DNA from: Marsupella aquatica
Taxonomy: Eukaryota; Plantae; Marchantiophyta
NCBI GenBank assembly: GCA_973895155.1
Contig: OZ316891.1
Location: forward strand, 19,989,048-20,053,047
Direction: 5' to 3'
DNA length: 64,000 bases
Under the pieces are notes generated by a model that saw only the letters and a program-made list of their open reading frames with translations, searched no databases and had not been told where the DNA came from. Position numbers and translations under genes: made by a program. Shown here one piece after another: positions 1 through 11,706 of this stretch (positions are counted from its first letter, which is position 1; each line of letters begins with the position of its first letter).

Positions 1-513
1 GTAACAAAGATTGTTTTGAAGGTAGAGTACAAGGGATATCTCCATTCCCATTGATTGTTACAATGTACTTGCAAGGACAATGGGGATCATGTCTGGAATG
101 TGCTTGCAATAACAATGGGGGAGGGGATTCAAGTCTGAACATGTAGGGATGTTGAGCAATGTAGGGGGCTTTGGGGTGAGTTCTACCCTGGTGTCAATTT
201 CGCTGGCTAATGATTGATTGATCCAACCATCAAATGAAATCTAGATTTTTTCTATGCATTGTTGGATTGTGTGCAATGGGGTGCCCAACAAAGGTTTATT
301 ATCTTGAGAAAGAGGCTATGTACAATAAGCTACTGGGGAATAAGTTGTTCTTGTGCATATTTGTTTTTGTTTTTTAGAGGGCACAATATTGTTCCCTCCT
401 TTTCAATTCTGTAAACAGACTACCAACAGATTTGGCGGGATCTTTTATTTTAGGGGCAGATATGATCTTCCCTAAGTCTTCTTTTGTGCGCAGGTTAAAA
501 TATGGCCGCCCTA

Positions 514-640
514 TACCTCACAAAGCTACCTGAGTGGCCTTGATTATATCTCACAAAGCTACCCAGGTGACCTTGATGGTATCTCACAAAGCTACCCAGG
601 TGGCCATAACAGTATATCACAAAGCTACCCGGGTGACCTT
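514..640. repeat. Tandem repeat, 4 x 33 bp (core TCACAAAGCTACC)
   Basis: The core recurs at 518, 551, 584 and 617, an exact 33-bp period with diverged flanks. Confidence 0.85.
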
Positions 641-650
641 ATATAATCAT

Positions 651-905
651 ATCCATTGTGTTTGAGTTCAAATGACTTTCTGGTAAGACCACACAATTCC
701 TCTCATATAGATACAAATAGAGATATACATTGTGTTCGAGTGCAAATGACTGTTTGATAAGAGGACCCAAACTTTTCTCATATAGGTACTGATACAGATA
801 CACATTGTGTTCGCGTTCAAATGACTTTTGGGTAAGAGGACTCAAGGTACCGATAGAGATATACATTGTGTTCGAGTTCAAAGACTTTTGGGTAAGGACT
901 CAAAT
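651..905. repeat. Degenerate tandem repeat, 4 copies of a 61-75 bp unit
   Basis: A CATTGTGTTCGAGTTCAAATGACTTTT..GGTAAG-like motif occurs at about 654, 728, 803 and 864. Confidence 0.8.
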
Positions 906-1158
906 TACTCTCTGCGCGTCGTTTACTGCAAATCTCCTCCGCACTCCTTGTGACACTGAGCTCAGCTCTGGAGAGCGGAAGGGAAGACAGAGATTGAGCG
1001 TGAGAAGCGGATGTCTGGCGGCAGCGCTCGTCCGCTGCTTCATCTTTTCGCGAAGCGAGTTGCCGAAATTGTGCAGAATTGTGAGAGCTAGGAGAAGAAT
1101 CAATATCATTACGGCACCATAGGCGAGGTGTGGGCGAGGGGGAGGAGGTACACACTGG

Positions 1159-1161
<3 letters not shown>

Positions 1162-1204
<43 letters not shown>
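1162..1204. repeat. (GA)n microsatellite, ~21 units, in the CNX1 5' leader
   Basis: Pure AG run ending about 65 bp upstream of the CNX1 ATG. Confidence 0.95.
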
Positions 1205-1205
<1 letters not shown>

Positions 1206-1269
1206 GGGCGTCGTGGAAAGTGTGACAGAGCAGTGCGAATTGACGGCAGGGAATCTCACTGACTGAGAG

Positions 1270-4200
1270 ATGGCTGCGCATGCTGCATTGCACGCGCTTG
1301 CAAAGTCGCCAGCCGTGATGCTCTCGGTGAAGGACGCTCTTCACATTGTGCTGAGTCATGCCCCCCGGCTCCCACCCGTCACCATTCCACTTCAGCAGGC
1401 CTTGGGAAGCATTCTAGCTGAGGATTTGACTGCCCCAGACCCCTTGCCTCCATACCCGGCTTCCACCAAGGTATCCATTCGTTTATTATGTTTTCCTGAA
1501 ATAGTTTTCACCGGCTCGCCTCGTGTCTCCTGTACATTTGCTAGTCTAACAATGATCATCTGGGCAGACAAATGAGGACTCTCATTTATTAGTGGGATGA
1601 ATTCCTTACTAATTCTATGTGAATGGTCATTCAGGACGGGTATGCAGTGGTAGCAGCTGACGGTCCTGGTCAGTATATTATTGTCGGGGAGGCAAGAGCT
1701 GGAGACGACGCGGCTGACTTGGTGGTGATTCCAGGCACAGTCGCTTACATAACAACTGGAGGTACCTTATTAGTGCTAAGAAGAAGTCCTGCATATGGCT
1801 TTCAGTTTTCGCTAATTACAAGTATTTTCAATTCATTCTAAACATTAGCAGTCATTTGGTCTTCAAGTTTTACGTCGTTTTGCATTGGTTACGAATGCAG
1901 TGTCTAATGTAATCAAATTTCACGTCTATCCCGAGAAACAGGACCAGTGCCAAGAGGGGCCGATGCTATTGTAATGGTGGAGTACACATCTCCAGTTGTC
2001 GACGACGATGATGATGACGGGCAACACGAACGAAGGGTGACAATCACTCGGGGAGTGGTGAAAGGTCAAGACATTCGACCTGTGGTATGTGGTGGTTCAA
2101 TTCGTGAAATCTGTCATTTGGCACAAAGCTTGGAAAGTTAGCTTTCGAAATTGATTAGCACATTCTTGGAAAGACAACCTTCTTTCTAAAGTCAGGCATA
2201 TAAAATTGATGGTCGGATCTTGCTATCATTAGGGATTTGATATAGGGCAGGGTGATACAATACTGAGGGCGGGGGAACGACTTGGTCCGGCTGAAATTGG
2301 GTTACTTGCCACAATTGGCATAATAAATGTGAAGGTACCATTCTCCATTTCCACTTCCATCTAGGGAGACTAGTTATTCATGGTGGTCTCGTTTCATTTT
2401 GATGCAAACAGGCTTCTTTATTTAATTTGCCCTGGGGAGAATGGAATGTGCAAAATATGAAGTATACAGCTGATTTTGCGAATGCACTGGCATGGATCGT
2501 ATTGTAGAAATGCCCAACGTCCTGCAGTCGGGGTTGGAGTTCATCCCGCCCATATGTTTCTCTAAATTGTCTCAACGTGGGATATGAAGTGAATGGTGCA
2601 GGTTTATCGAAGGCCAAAGATAGCAGTACTTTCCACTGGGGACGAGCTAGTTGATCCACTGACAGGCTCTAAGCTAGGTCGAGGCCAAGTAAGCTTCTTG
2701 ACGACCTTATTTTTGCAATTATTTTTACTTGAATATGAAAGCTGTTTTACTCCATAATTCAAATATTAAAGCTGTTTTATTCCACAATGGAGTATTTAAA
2801 GTCTCTTGAGCGTCTCAGCTATCTGTGCGTTGAAAGACCATTGTGATTTATCAATTGACTCCTTTCTTCGGCAGATTCGAGATTCAAATCGTGCCATGCT
2901 TTTAGCTGCTGCCACACTCCATGACTGTGAGGTTGTGGACTTGGGCATCTCCCACGACGAGGAGGGTGAACTGGAGAAAAACTTCGACAGGGCTGTTTCA
3001 TGCGATGCCGATATGATCATTACCTCTGGTGGGGTGTCGATGGGTGACAAGGATTATGTTAAACCACTACTTGAACGAAGAGGGACAGTTTATTTCGGAA
3101 AGGTAGGAATTGTGGTTTACTTCGGGGTAATTGATGATCGTTCACGAGGTTGTAGAATGAGTCATTTTCGTGAATTCTGGAGAAGTTCTTGAGTAACTGC
3201 TCGACTCATTTTTGCATGGCCACATCTATGAATGTAGCAGGTACATTCGTAAATGATTAAGTGTTATCAGAGAACTTAGAAGGGCGACAGTACTCTACTT
3301 AGGCAGAACCGTAAGAGGGAAATAGAGGGTAGTGGCCTGACGTTAACGGCGGCGCCTATGGGTCTTCATGAATTTTAGAGGTCTTGCCCTGATTAGGGGA
3401 TCCGTGGACTAATTCCATTCAATTTTGCGAATATTTCCAAGAAGTACTCGTAGTTGTCCCTTTGGACTTCCCGTATGTTTATGATTCACTTTTAGTGGTT
3501 ACAAATTTTGAAGAGTTGAAGTTCCCTGGACTTTAAATGACAAGTGTGAAAGGGCTGCTTTGGTGTTTTGTAACGGTGTTGAGTCGGATAATTAAGTGTA
3601 CAAGCAGGTGGGATTTTTGGAGATGTCTCAGTACATTCTTGACTGTGGATCTCTGATGCTCAACAGGTCCACATGAAGCCTGGAAAGCCGATTACATTTG
3701 CAACCGTTGATGCGAGGACGAAGGAACCCAGGCTACCCATAATTGTCTTTGGGCTTCCTGGGAATCCAGTCAGTAGTCTGGTGTGCTTCAACTTATTTGC
3801 AGTCCCTGCTATCCGGCAGATGGCTGGTTGGTCTGATCCTCATCTTCGCTGGTACGTGATCCAGAGAGGAAATCCCGGGACTGCATTCATCGTGCAAAGA
3901 GAGCGTCAGAACTATGATGTGCATCGCAATCAATTTAATTGGCATGGGTGTGAGAAACTATACTACTCCCCAGCCTACGCGACAGTCATGGGAGGCAAGA
4001 AAGTATTATGTGTCTCACTCAAAGTAACTGTACCAATATTTGGTCCTGTATCATATGATTTGTTCGTGATGTCAATTCGTTTAGGGTTCTACTCATGGTT
4101 TGGTCTCTTGACGTTCTCATCAAAGCTCGTTTCTGTGAATGAATTGCCGAATGTATGTTTTGTATATTGCTTTTGGAGTGACTGATTAATCAGATACTAC

Positions 4201-6825
4201 CTAAATAAAACATCTGAGAAGTTCTGATCTACCTAAGAATCGGAGCTGATTCGACTATTTGACCAGGGTACAATCAAGGATCTCCGAACCCATGCGATTG
4301 GATCCTCTGCGGCCAGAATTTCACCGTGCTTCACTTCATTGGGTCGTTGACGATGGCTCAGGTCATCCTGGGTACTACTACTTTCCTGGCTTTTCCTGGC
4401 TTGAAATGATGTGCAAATGAGTAGGCCCAAATGAGTAGTCTTAAACTCTGCTCAGATGTTTCTTCTTGAAATTTGGCTTTACTTTCTGAAGTTTGCGTAG
4501 AATTCATTTCTGCAGGTAACTTCAGGTCCAAGGTTAGCAGAAGGGCAATATAGTGATCTTTCGTTGACATCTCTGTGATTAATTTTCATACAAGTTATGA
4601 ATTTGGTCTAAAGTTGCCTCTCCTTCAGTTTTGTGGCAGAGAGCACGGGAATGCAGGGAAGTAGTCGTCTTCTTAGCATGAGGTCTGCAAATGCATTGCT
4701 AGAACTGCCGCAAGGCAGTGGGGTTGTACCGGCTGGGATTCTGGTGAAGAGTCTCATTATTGGGGATCTTGGCCTGATGCCCCCTATAGCTAACGGTGGG
4801 AGACATCGAGTACCCACAGGTCAACCTCCTGCACAAGGACATCCGGAAAGGTCGCGAAGTGGTCAGCATGATGGACACCTACATAAAGAACAGACGATCA
4901 CACGACAAAGTCAAGGGCATGGTCATGACGCTGAGAGAAAATCTTCGCCAGTAGATGTGAGGGTTGCCATTTTGACTGTTAGTGATACAGTCGCATCTGG
5001 TTCTGCCCCTGACCGCGGGTAAGCTGTACATTTCTGATCTGTAAAGTGAAATCTGTCCAGTTCATGCTAAGTTCCAACTGTGAAAGATCACTTAACAACA
5101 TGAGCCTATTTGTCTAGTGGCCTCTGGGTCACTCCAATACCCCATTATTCATTTTTGAGCGAATGTCTCGACTTGGGAGCCATTTCCTTTCGTATCCTAC
5201 CCACATGCAAACTCGTCCTATGCTTCCACAGATTAATTCAACTGAACTTGAGCTTAGCTGACCGCTTTTCTCTCTAAGCTAAAAGTTGCAACTACGAGGC
5301 AGGAGTGTGTCCTGTTATTGTCAAAAGTATAAGCTAACGAATTTCTTCCTATTCCTTGGTTGGACATATTGACAGTGGTCCAAGGGCCGTGGAAGTTATA
5401 AATCAATTATCAGAGAAACTTGGGGGGGCCAAAGTAGTTGCCACGGCTGCAGTACATGATACAATTAAGGAAATTCAAGAAGTCTTGACAAAGTGGAGTG
5501 ATCTCGATCGAGTTCACCTCATCATTACCACAGGTCTGCTCTTGTCCCACTCAATTCTGAATCCTACGGCGCAACTTTTTGACTTAGAGAAGCCCTAATG
5601 TTGGCGTCCGGTTTCTGCTCGTGATATCTCTAGAAGAGTAAACGATATTAAGAAAAATTAGCTAGCTGCTACGCGGGAATAAACTGAGAGACAGGCAATT
5701 TTTAACCATTTTCGTTGCTGTGCATGACATACGAATCTAGGTGGTACGGGGTTCTCACCGAGGGATGTCACTCCAGAGGCAACAAAGCCTTTGTTAAGTA
5801 AAGAAGCTCCTGGTCTCGTGCAGGTTATGCTGCAAAAGAGTCTAGAGGTAGCGATCACACCTCTGTTACCATCACATTACAATTTTGTGTGGTTAATGTG
5901 GTGTTTCGGTGTTTCGGTGTTTCGGTATATATTTATTTATACTTGGTGTAGGTGGATAGAAGATAATATCGATCTTCCTTAGGAACATATGTATATATTC
6001 AATGTTATAAAACGTAGGTGAAGGTGATCAACGTGACTGCCTACCAGAGAAATGTTTTTGTGGACCAAGTAGTCCTTGCCCAAAAGGGTATATTGTTGTC
6101 TACGTAAGAAGTTCAACCTGTGGGAGGAATTTGGTCAATGCCATTGCGCAGCTACATAACATTTGCTGTTCCTTGAAAGAGCTGTCAGCACCTACCTTTC
6201 TCCATACAATTTTTGCCAACAAGCTTTCAATGTAACTAAATTGTGTTTCTATATCTTGCAGGTGACTCCAACAGCCATGTTGTCGCGGGCAGCAGCTGGT
6301 ATCCGTGGATCCACGTTGGTAGGTTCTATGTTCAACTTTGAGTATACGACTCGTTATTAGATAACCTGCTTTGAGCTTGCTTTGAATGAAGAGCTCTATT
6401 TTTAGGACATAAGTTTTATTTAGCTTTCTTTTGGACGCTAGGAGTACTCCCAGAAGAATCATCTCTTGTTAAATAAATTAAGAGTTTCCTGTTCAATGCT
6501 CACGGCTCATGAAATCATCAGTGAGCTTCTGACGAATATGGAATACTTTGTTTCATGGCAGATAATAAATATGCCAGGAAATCCAAATGCCGTGGCAGAG
6601 TGCATGGATGCTATAATACCTGCGTTACCCCACGCATTACGACAACTCAGGGGTGATAAGAGGGAAAAGCATCCTCGCCATTTGCCTCATGCAACTCCTG
6701 GAGACAGTCAAACTCAGCTGGGCCCTTACTCAACCCCCTCTGGGGATGTATGGACAGCTAGTTATGAAGCAGCAAAGTCTCGGACGGCAAATCCGGTTTC
6801 CAAGGAGGGTTGTTCATGTGAATAG
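1270..6825 (+). CDS. CNX1: Molybdopterin biosynthesis protein CNX1 (MoeA-like E domain + MogA-like G domain), 13 exons, ~717 aa
   Basis: GT-AG exons 1270-1470, 1635-1761, 1942-2084, 2233-2334, 2602-2688, 2875-3102, 3667-3851, 4267-4371, 4629-5018, 5376-5533, 5741-5847, 6262-6318 and 6562-6825 sum to 2154 nt in frame. MoeA motifs: [41 protein letters not shown]. MogA motifs: [31 protein letters not shown]. The E-before-G order is the plant arrangement. Confidence 0.96.
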
Positions 6826-8194
6826 TTAATCCCTTGCTATTGTTAACGTTACCAAGAGGATATGGGTGCTGTTTTTGCATGATAATTGTTTTTGAGTCAC
6901 GCTGGCTCGTGAGACGCATGCAGCTGCGTATGTTGATCTTCATGAACGAAGACACATAATCTCGGAGGCAGTTTTGCAAGAGAGTAGAAAGCGCAGGATA
7001 GAGCAGCTGGAATAATTTATACTGAGTGGAAACCACTCAGGACCTACGTTTTAGGTGGAAAGTATGGTAGGATCATGAGGAGGAGAATGTAACAAAGGTG
7101 CGCAATTTTTACGTTTGGCTCGTAATCTTCATTGATCTTTGATCTGTTTCTCCTTCAGTTGTAGTTACAGATTTTTCCTTCCGTCCTTCACAGCCTTCCG
7201 TTTCCTGGACAGTGGTTGTATACACTGTCTAGAAACTGTGAGGGAGTAATTCATTTCTTCTTTTGGTGGTGGGCGTGGAATCTTTGGGAAGGACCACGCG
7301 TTTCTTGATCATCTGGTAATTTTGGGGACAGTGGGTTTCCTTGTTTGGAGACGGTTTACCTTAGAGCTACAGCAGTTTATGGAGTCCTAGACCTATTCGT
7401 ACGAGGTTGAGCCAGGTTCCTCTCATAAATATCAATTCAGCAGTCAGGCAATAATTAAGAAGCTTGTCGACTCCGTCTGGAAGCAATAGTATAGGGATTG
7501 TGTAACACGTACATGGCTTGCATCGAACATGGAACTGAAATCTACCGGTCTCTTAGAGTCGCCAGAAAACTTCGAAGTCGTAGGTCTTAAAGTGAATACA
7601 TAAGTTTTAACCATTGAATTGATTAAAAAAGTCTTGATGTCAATGCAGATGCAAGGCAGACTTGTACAGAATATATGGAGAATTTGTAATAACGAATTCA
7701 CATTTTTACATAATCACATGTTATTGAAAAGGTCTGTGAGACATCCGCTGGGGACCTTTACTATTCACATCTCGAGTCTATTTACTAAAGAGTTCCCAAG
7801 CTCTCCTTGAAAAGGTAATACGGACTGAGGACTCTACAAAAACAAGGTCAGTCTTAATATTTCGTGAAGGGGCTTTCCGTCAAGACTCGATTGGACAAGA
7901 TGAAAATAATTCCAAGAAGTACTGTAACATACAGAAGTCTTATGTCTAAACGAAGGACCATCAGAGCAACGTTTCTCCATATCCTACACAGTCTCGTCGT
8001 CAATGAGACCAGCGCCTAAATCATCAAACCCTTACTAAAAAACTAAAAAAATTCAGTATGCACATGATTTGTGGGATGGACTCAAAGTGTCTTGCTTGCC
8101 ATGGCCAGACACTTGGGAGTCAGGCGCTTCAGTCAGCTATATTCATGAACCACAAGAACCTTGTGGAGCTGCCTGTGGCCATCCGACCGAATCA

Positions 8195-8625
8195 CTCCAT
8201 ACCATAATAAACCTCATTATTTTCTTTAAATCACATATCACTCCATACCATGATTGACCTCATTATTTTCTTTAAATTACATATCAAAATGTGATAATAT
8301 ATAGTGTACACTCAAAAGTAAAGATAGACTGAGGGGTTTGTTTTGTTATTATGTCCATACCATGATAAAATTCATTATTTTCTTTAGATCACATATCAAA
8401 ATGTGATAATATATAGTGTGAACTCAAAAAATATCTTAAATCACATATCAAAATGTGATAATATGTAGTGTGCACTCAAAAAATAAAGCCCAGATGGACT
8501 AAGGGGTTTGTTTTGTTCCCATGGACTGTGAGAGACACTACTTCACTTTACACCCAAAATCCACATCATCCGGCTGTCTTTAAAATTCACTTTACACCCA
8601 AAATCCACATCATCGGGCTATCTTT
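8195..8625. repeat. AT-rich local duplications
   Basis: TCACATATCAAAATGTGATAATAT.TAGTGT.CACTCAAAA-like blocks occur about 3 times in 8275-8480. TTCACTTTACACCCAAAATCCACATCATC occurs twice in 8542-8613. Confidence 0.7.
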
Positions 8626-9256
8626 AGAAGCACGCTCCACTTTTGGAAAGGCTGAGTAATTTTTTCCATGTGTCTTGATGAGATCAGCCAGTGCATAAAA
8701 TGAATCCCATTCTTGTCATTTGATGGAATTTGTGAAGCAGCATGCTATCAAAACATGGTGTCACATACTCCTTTGATTTGTTGAAACAAATCCGCTCATT
8801 CAAAGATCTTGTTTGTCCATGACAGCAATTAGTTCAAACAAATTGTCAGTGTTACCCTTCAACTCCAACATGTCACCACAATTGTTTGTCATTGGAGGAC
8901 TCTAGGTCTTTGTTAGAATGGGTCTGAGGCACAGGTCATCACTCCTACCATCCTCAATAGACCGGAAATCTTCATCACTTGAGCTTGGTAGATCAATGTT
9001 GCTGAAGTTTTTCCCTACCTTCAATGAGAGCTTTTTGCCATTCCTATATTTGAGGCATTTCTCTGCTGGAAATTATGATACATTCACCATAATAGCAAAT
9101 GACGAAACTGTGATTCACAGAAACCCATGTAACAAGAACAACAATTTGACTGGTTGGCGCGTTCATGCATAGATAGACATGTTGATCCTGTCCAATTTAT
9201 TCCAAAAGCATTGGTTGACATGAAATCAAGCACTGTTGGTCATAGGTACAACAATA

Positions 9257-10110
9257 TCAGTCTTCATGAGTGTCATCACTGTCTAGGCTCTGAAACTTCA
9301 AGGCCGTTACTAATTCACCCAAGGCAGTAGCAATCTCTTTCACGGATTTCTTTCCCTTGGCAGATGATGTGCTTGCAATCGGGCTTGCAGTCTTGGGGGA
9401 ATTGACGATAGGACTATGTTGCACCTTGGTTGGGCTCTCTGACTCGTGAATGAATGCCAGGTGTACAACCTTCACAATGTAGTCACTCACACTCAAAGTA
9501 ATCTTGGCTCATGGGAGTTTCTGGATGATGGCAATCACCCACTGCAACTGCTCCAATTCATTTAACAATCTAAAGTCACTAGGAGAAACATCTAACATGG
9601 TACAGGCTGCATCCCATATCTGGGCTGACATTGGGGCAACCATCCGATGAGCTGCATCACAGATTATGATATTGAAGCGGAATGCAGGAATTCCAGGAAG
9701 ATTATGGCTGCATTTGGGTCCAAACTCAAAGAGATTTTGAGCACATTCTGCCATTACTATCCCTATGAGGACACGCTGAGTAAAAGAATTTTCTAGGATG
9801 TGGATTGGGAGCAACAACATTGACTATCCAGACCAAGGAATCCGAGAACTTTTTCCTCTCCCCTGCAGCTCTACTCACTTCCACCTCAGCCAGGGACGTC
9901 CAACCAACCATATTTGCCTCTGCGTTCCGGGAAGGATAGATATCAGAGGAGAGGCACAATCTCTCACACTGACCAATTGAGAATGTACTATCTGCAAGCA
10001 AAGGTAGGTGAGACATGAAATATGCAGGCTTGCGTCCAGGGTAATCGTACCTTCCTGTGATGTGAAGCCCCCACGTCCTACAACTGTTCCCCACCAACAG
10101 TATGCAACAC
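9257..10110 (-). pseudogene. RPA1/RPA70-like OB-fold (C-terminal Zn-ribbon domain) pseudogene
   Basis: The translation FFYSACPHRDSNGRMCSKSL [frameshift ~9730] ...PKCSH...FRFNIIICD...AQIWDAACTMLDVSPSDF resembles the RPA1 DBD-C pattern YxAC..CxKK..CxxC..YxLxxxIxD. There is an in-frame stop at 9509-9511. Putative exons are 10051-10110 and 9257-9991, with a further candidate exon at 22392-22464 beyond the Copia nest. Confidence 0.6.
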
Positions 10111-10203
10111 CTGATGCAATCATATTTTACGTAATCAAAACACACAAACATTCAAATGTGAATTGCGTAATCGATAGCAGGAGCTGGTGGAATGGAAACT
10201 TCC

Positions 10204-10496
10204 TGTTGGAATCTATCGTAAGTAGACTGAATACTGAAGATGCAGCGGAGGGCCATATAAGTAGAGAGAGGAGATCGCAGATCAAGGGAGATCGACGGAC
10301 TGGGCTACTAACCTAGACCTACTAGTAATAAGAGACACCGCTAACTAAGCAGAGTGGGGAGCGCATGGGGCGCACCTACTGTATTTACTACCGTAAGTGG
10401 GGAGCGCATAATGCGCTCCTGTCAAGCTCATAGTACTAAGGACAGCGAGTGGTCTATTACTCCCTTAATGTCACGAGTACAGCGCAATTTCTAACA
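10204..10496 (-). repeat. 3' LTR of Copia A (293 bp, TG...CA)
   Basis: Reads TGTTGGAATC...TTTCTAACA on +, followed by CCCCCTC (polypurine tract on the - strand). Near-identical to 21924-22215. Confidence 0.95.
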
Positions 10497-10818
10497 CCCC
10501 CTCTCGAGTGAGTAAGGGAGGAACAGAGTGCAGAAGGCGGAGTGCGGCGAGATGAGAGAGAAAAAATGTCGTTCATTGGCATCTTGATAGTGTGTCTCAG
10601 TGCAAGCTGCGAGATGCTTGGGTATGCCTTTACTGTGCTGCACATCGGTTGCCGGATAATGGCACGGTGGATTCCATTGATGCAAGAGCCAGTAGAGCCG
10701 GTAGAGCCGGTAGTTTGTTGTCAGTAGTGGCGGGTGAGTCGATGCAGCTGGTGGAGGAGAGTAGTGGTGAGGCGTTATAAGACTTTACAGGAGGTAGAGC
10801 TGATCGATTTCAGCAATA

Positions 10819-11076
10819 CTAGGATTGAACATCTACTTCTGAAATCGAAGTGACCCCAATAAATTGTCGATGTTTTTCGAATTTGTGTCTCGAAAGAGGT
10901 TTCGTGAGTAAATCTGCGGGATTATCAGCTGTGTTAATGTAAGACAGAGTAACTTCCCCCTCTAGCACTCTTTCGCGCACGAAATGATGCTTTCCTTCGA
11001 TGTGCTTGGTGCGTGCATGGAACATAGGATTTTTGGCCAGCTTGATAGAGCCCTGATTGTCACAATGTAAATGAAC
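10819..11076 (-). pseudogene. C-terminal RNase H segment of Copia A pol, separated from the rest by element B
   Basis: VHLHCDNQGSIKLAKNPMFHARTKHI...ADLLTKPL is a Copia RNase H motif. It joins ...TSLDVH at 17630 once element B is removed. Confidence 0.92.
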
Positions 11077-11515
11077 TGTTGAGCATAGACGACGATCGCA
11101 ACGGCAAGCCCATGAACCATCCAACGCACAATAGTCGACACAAGAGATACGTGGTTCACCTCCTTGAGGCTACGTCCACGGGAACACACAAGAGAGCTTT
11201 ACTGAACTCTAAGCCCGTCGGCTATACCGAGTCTCCACAGTGTAAGCTCTCCCTATCTCTCAAGTGGCTCCATAACAATGAGCCTTGGTTCTACCTCTCC
11301 AAGCACACATGCCTCTTATGATATAGTGTGCAACTTAGTTGTACCTAACCACATAGTTGTACCTAACCACATAGTTGTACCTAATCACGTAGTTGTACCT
11401 AACCACATAGTTGTACCTAATCACGTAGTTGTACCTAACCACGTAGTTGTACCAACCCACGTTGTTGTACCAACCACGTCATACCTAACCTAGACGTAAG
11501 AGTAAATACCCAACA
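11077..11515 (-). repeat. 3' LTR of Copia B (439 bp) with 8 x 18-bp minisatellite at ~11336-11478
   Basis: TG...CA termini; array unit TAGTTGTACCTAA(C/T)CAC(A/G). Confidence 0.95.
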
Positions 11516-11706
11516 ATCTTCCCCTTGACTCTGGTCTAGGGGAGAGTAATATTGCCAATGTATATGATCCCTCAGCGGGAAGTTCTGGACAGAAACCAAA
11601 CCGGTTTCCCTCTCTAACTAGAGCAAACCAGAACTAAGCCGTAGCCTAATACATAGGAATGAGGAAGAGCATATATCAGTAATTACAATGAATGTTTAAG
11701 AAAACT

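Noticed and set aside
817-1359. Minus-strand ORFs with SLSLSL runs
   Set aside because: Artefact of the (GA)n microsatellite, antisense to CNX1.
7300-8700. Helitron 3' end (hairpin + CTRR) for the RPA1-like region
   Set aside because: No convincing GC-rich hairpin followed by CTRR was found by eye, so no Helitron boundaries are called.
11336-11478. Short regular repeats suggesting a CRISPR array
   Set aside because: The 18-bp units are contiguous with no unique spacers, lie inside an LTR, and are in eukaryotic DNA with no cas genes.
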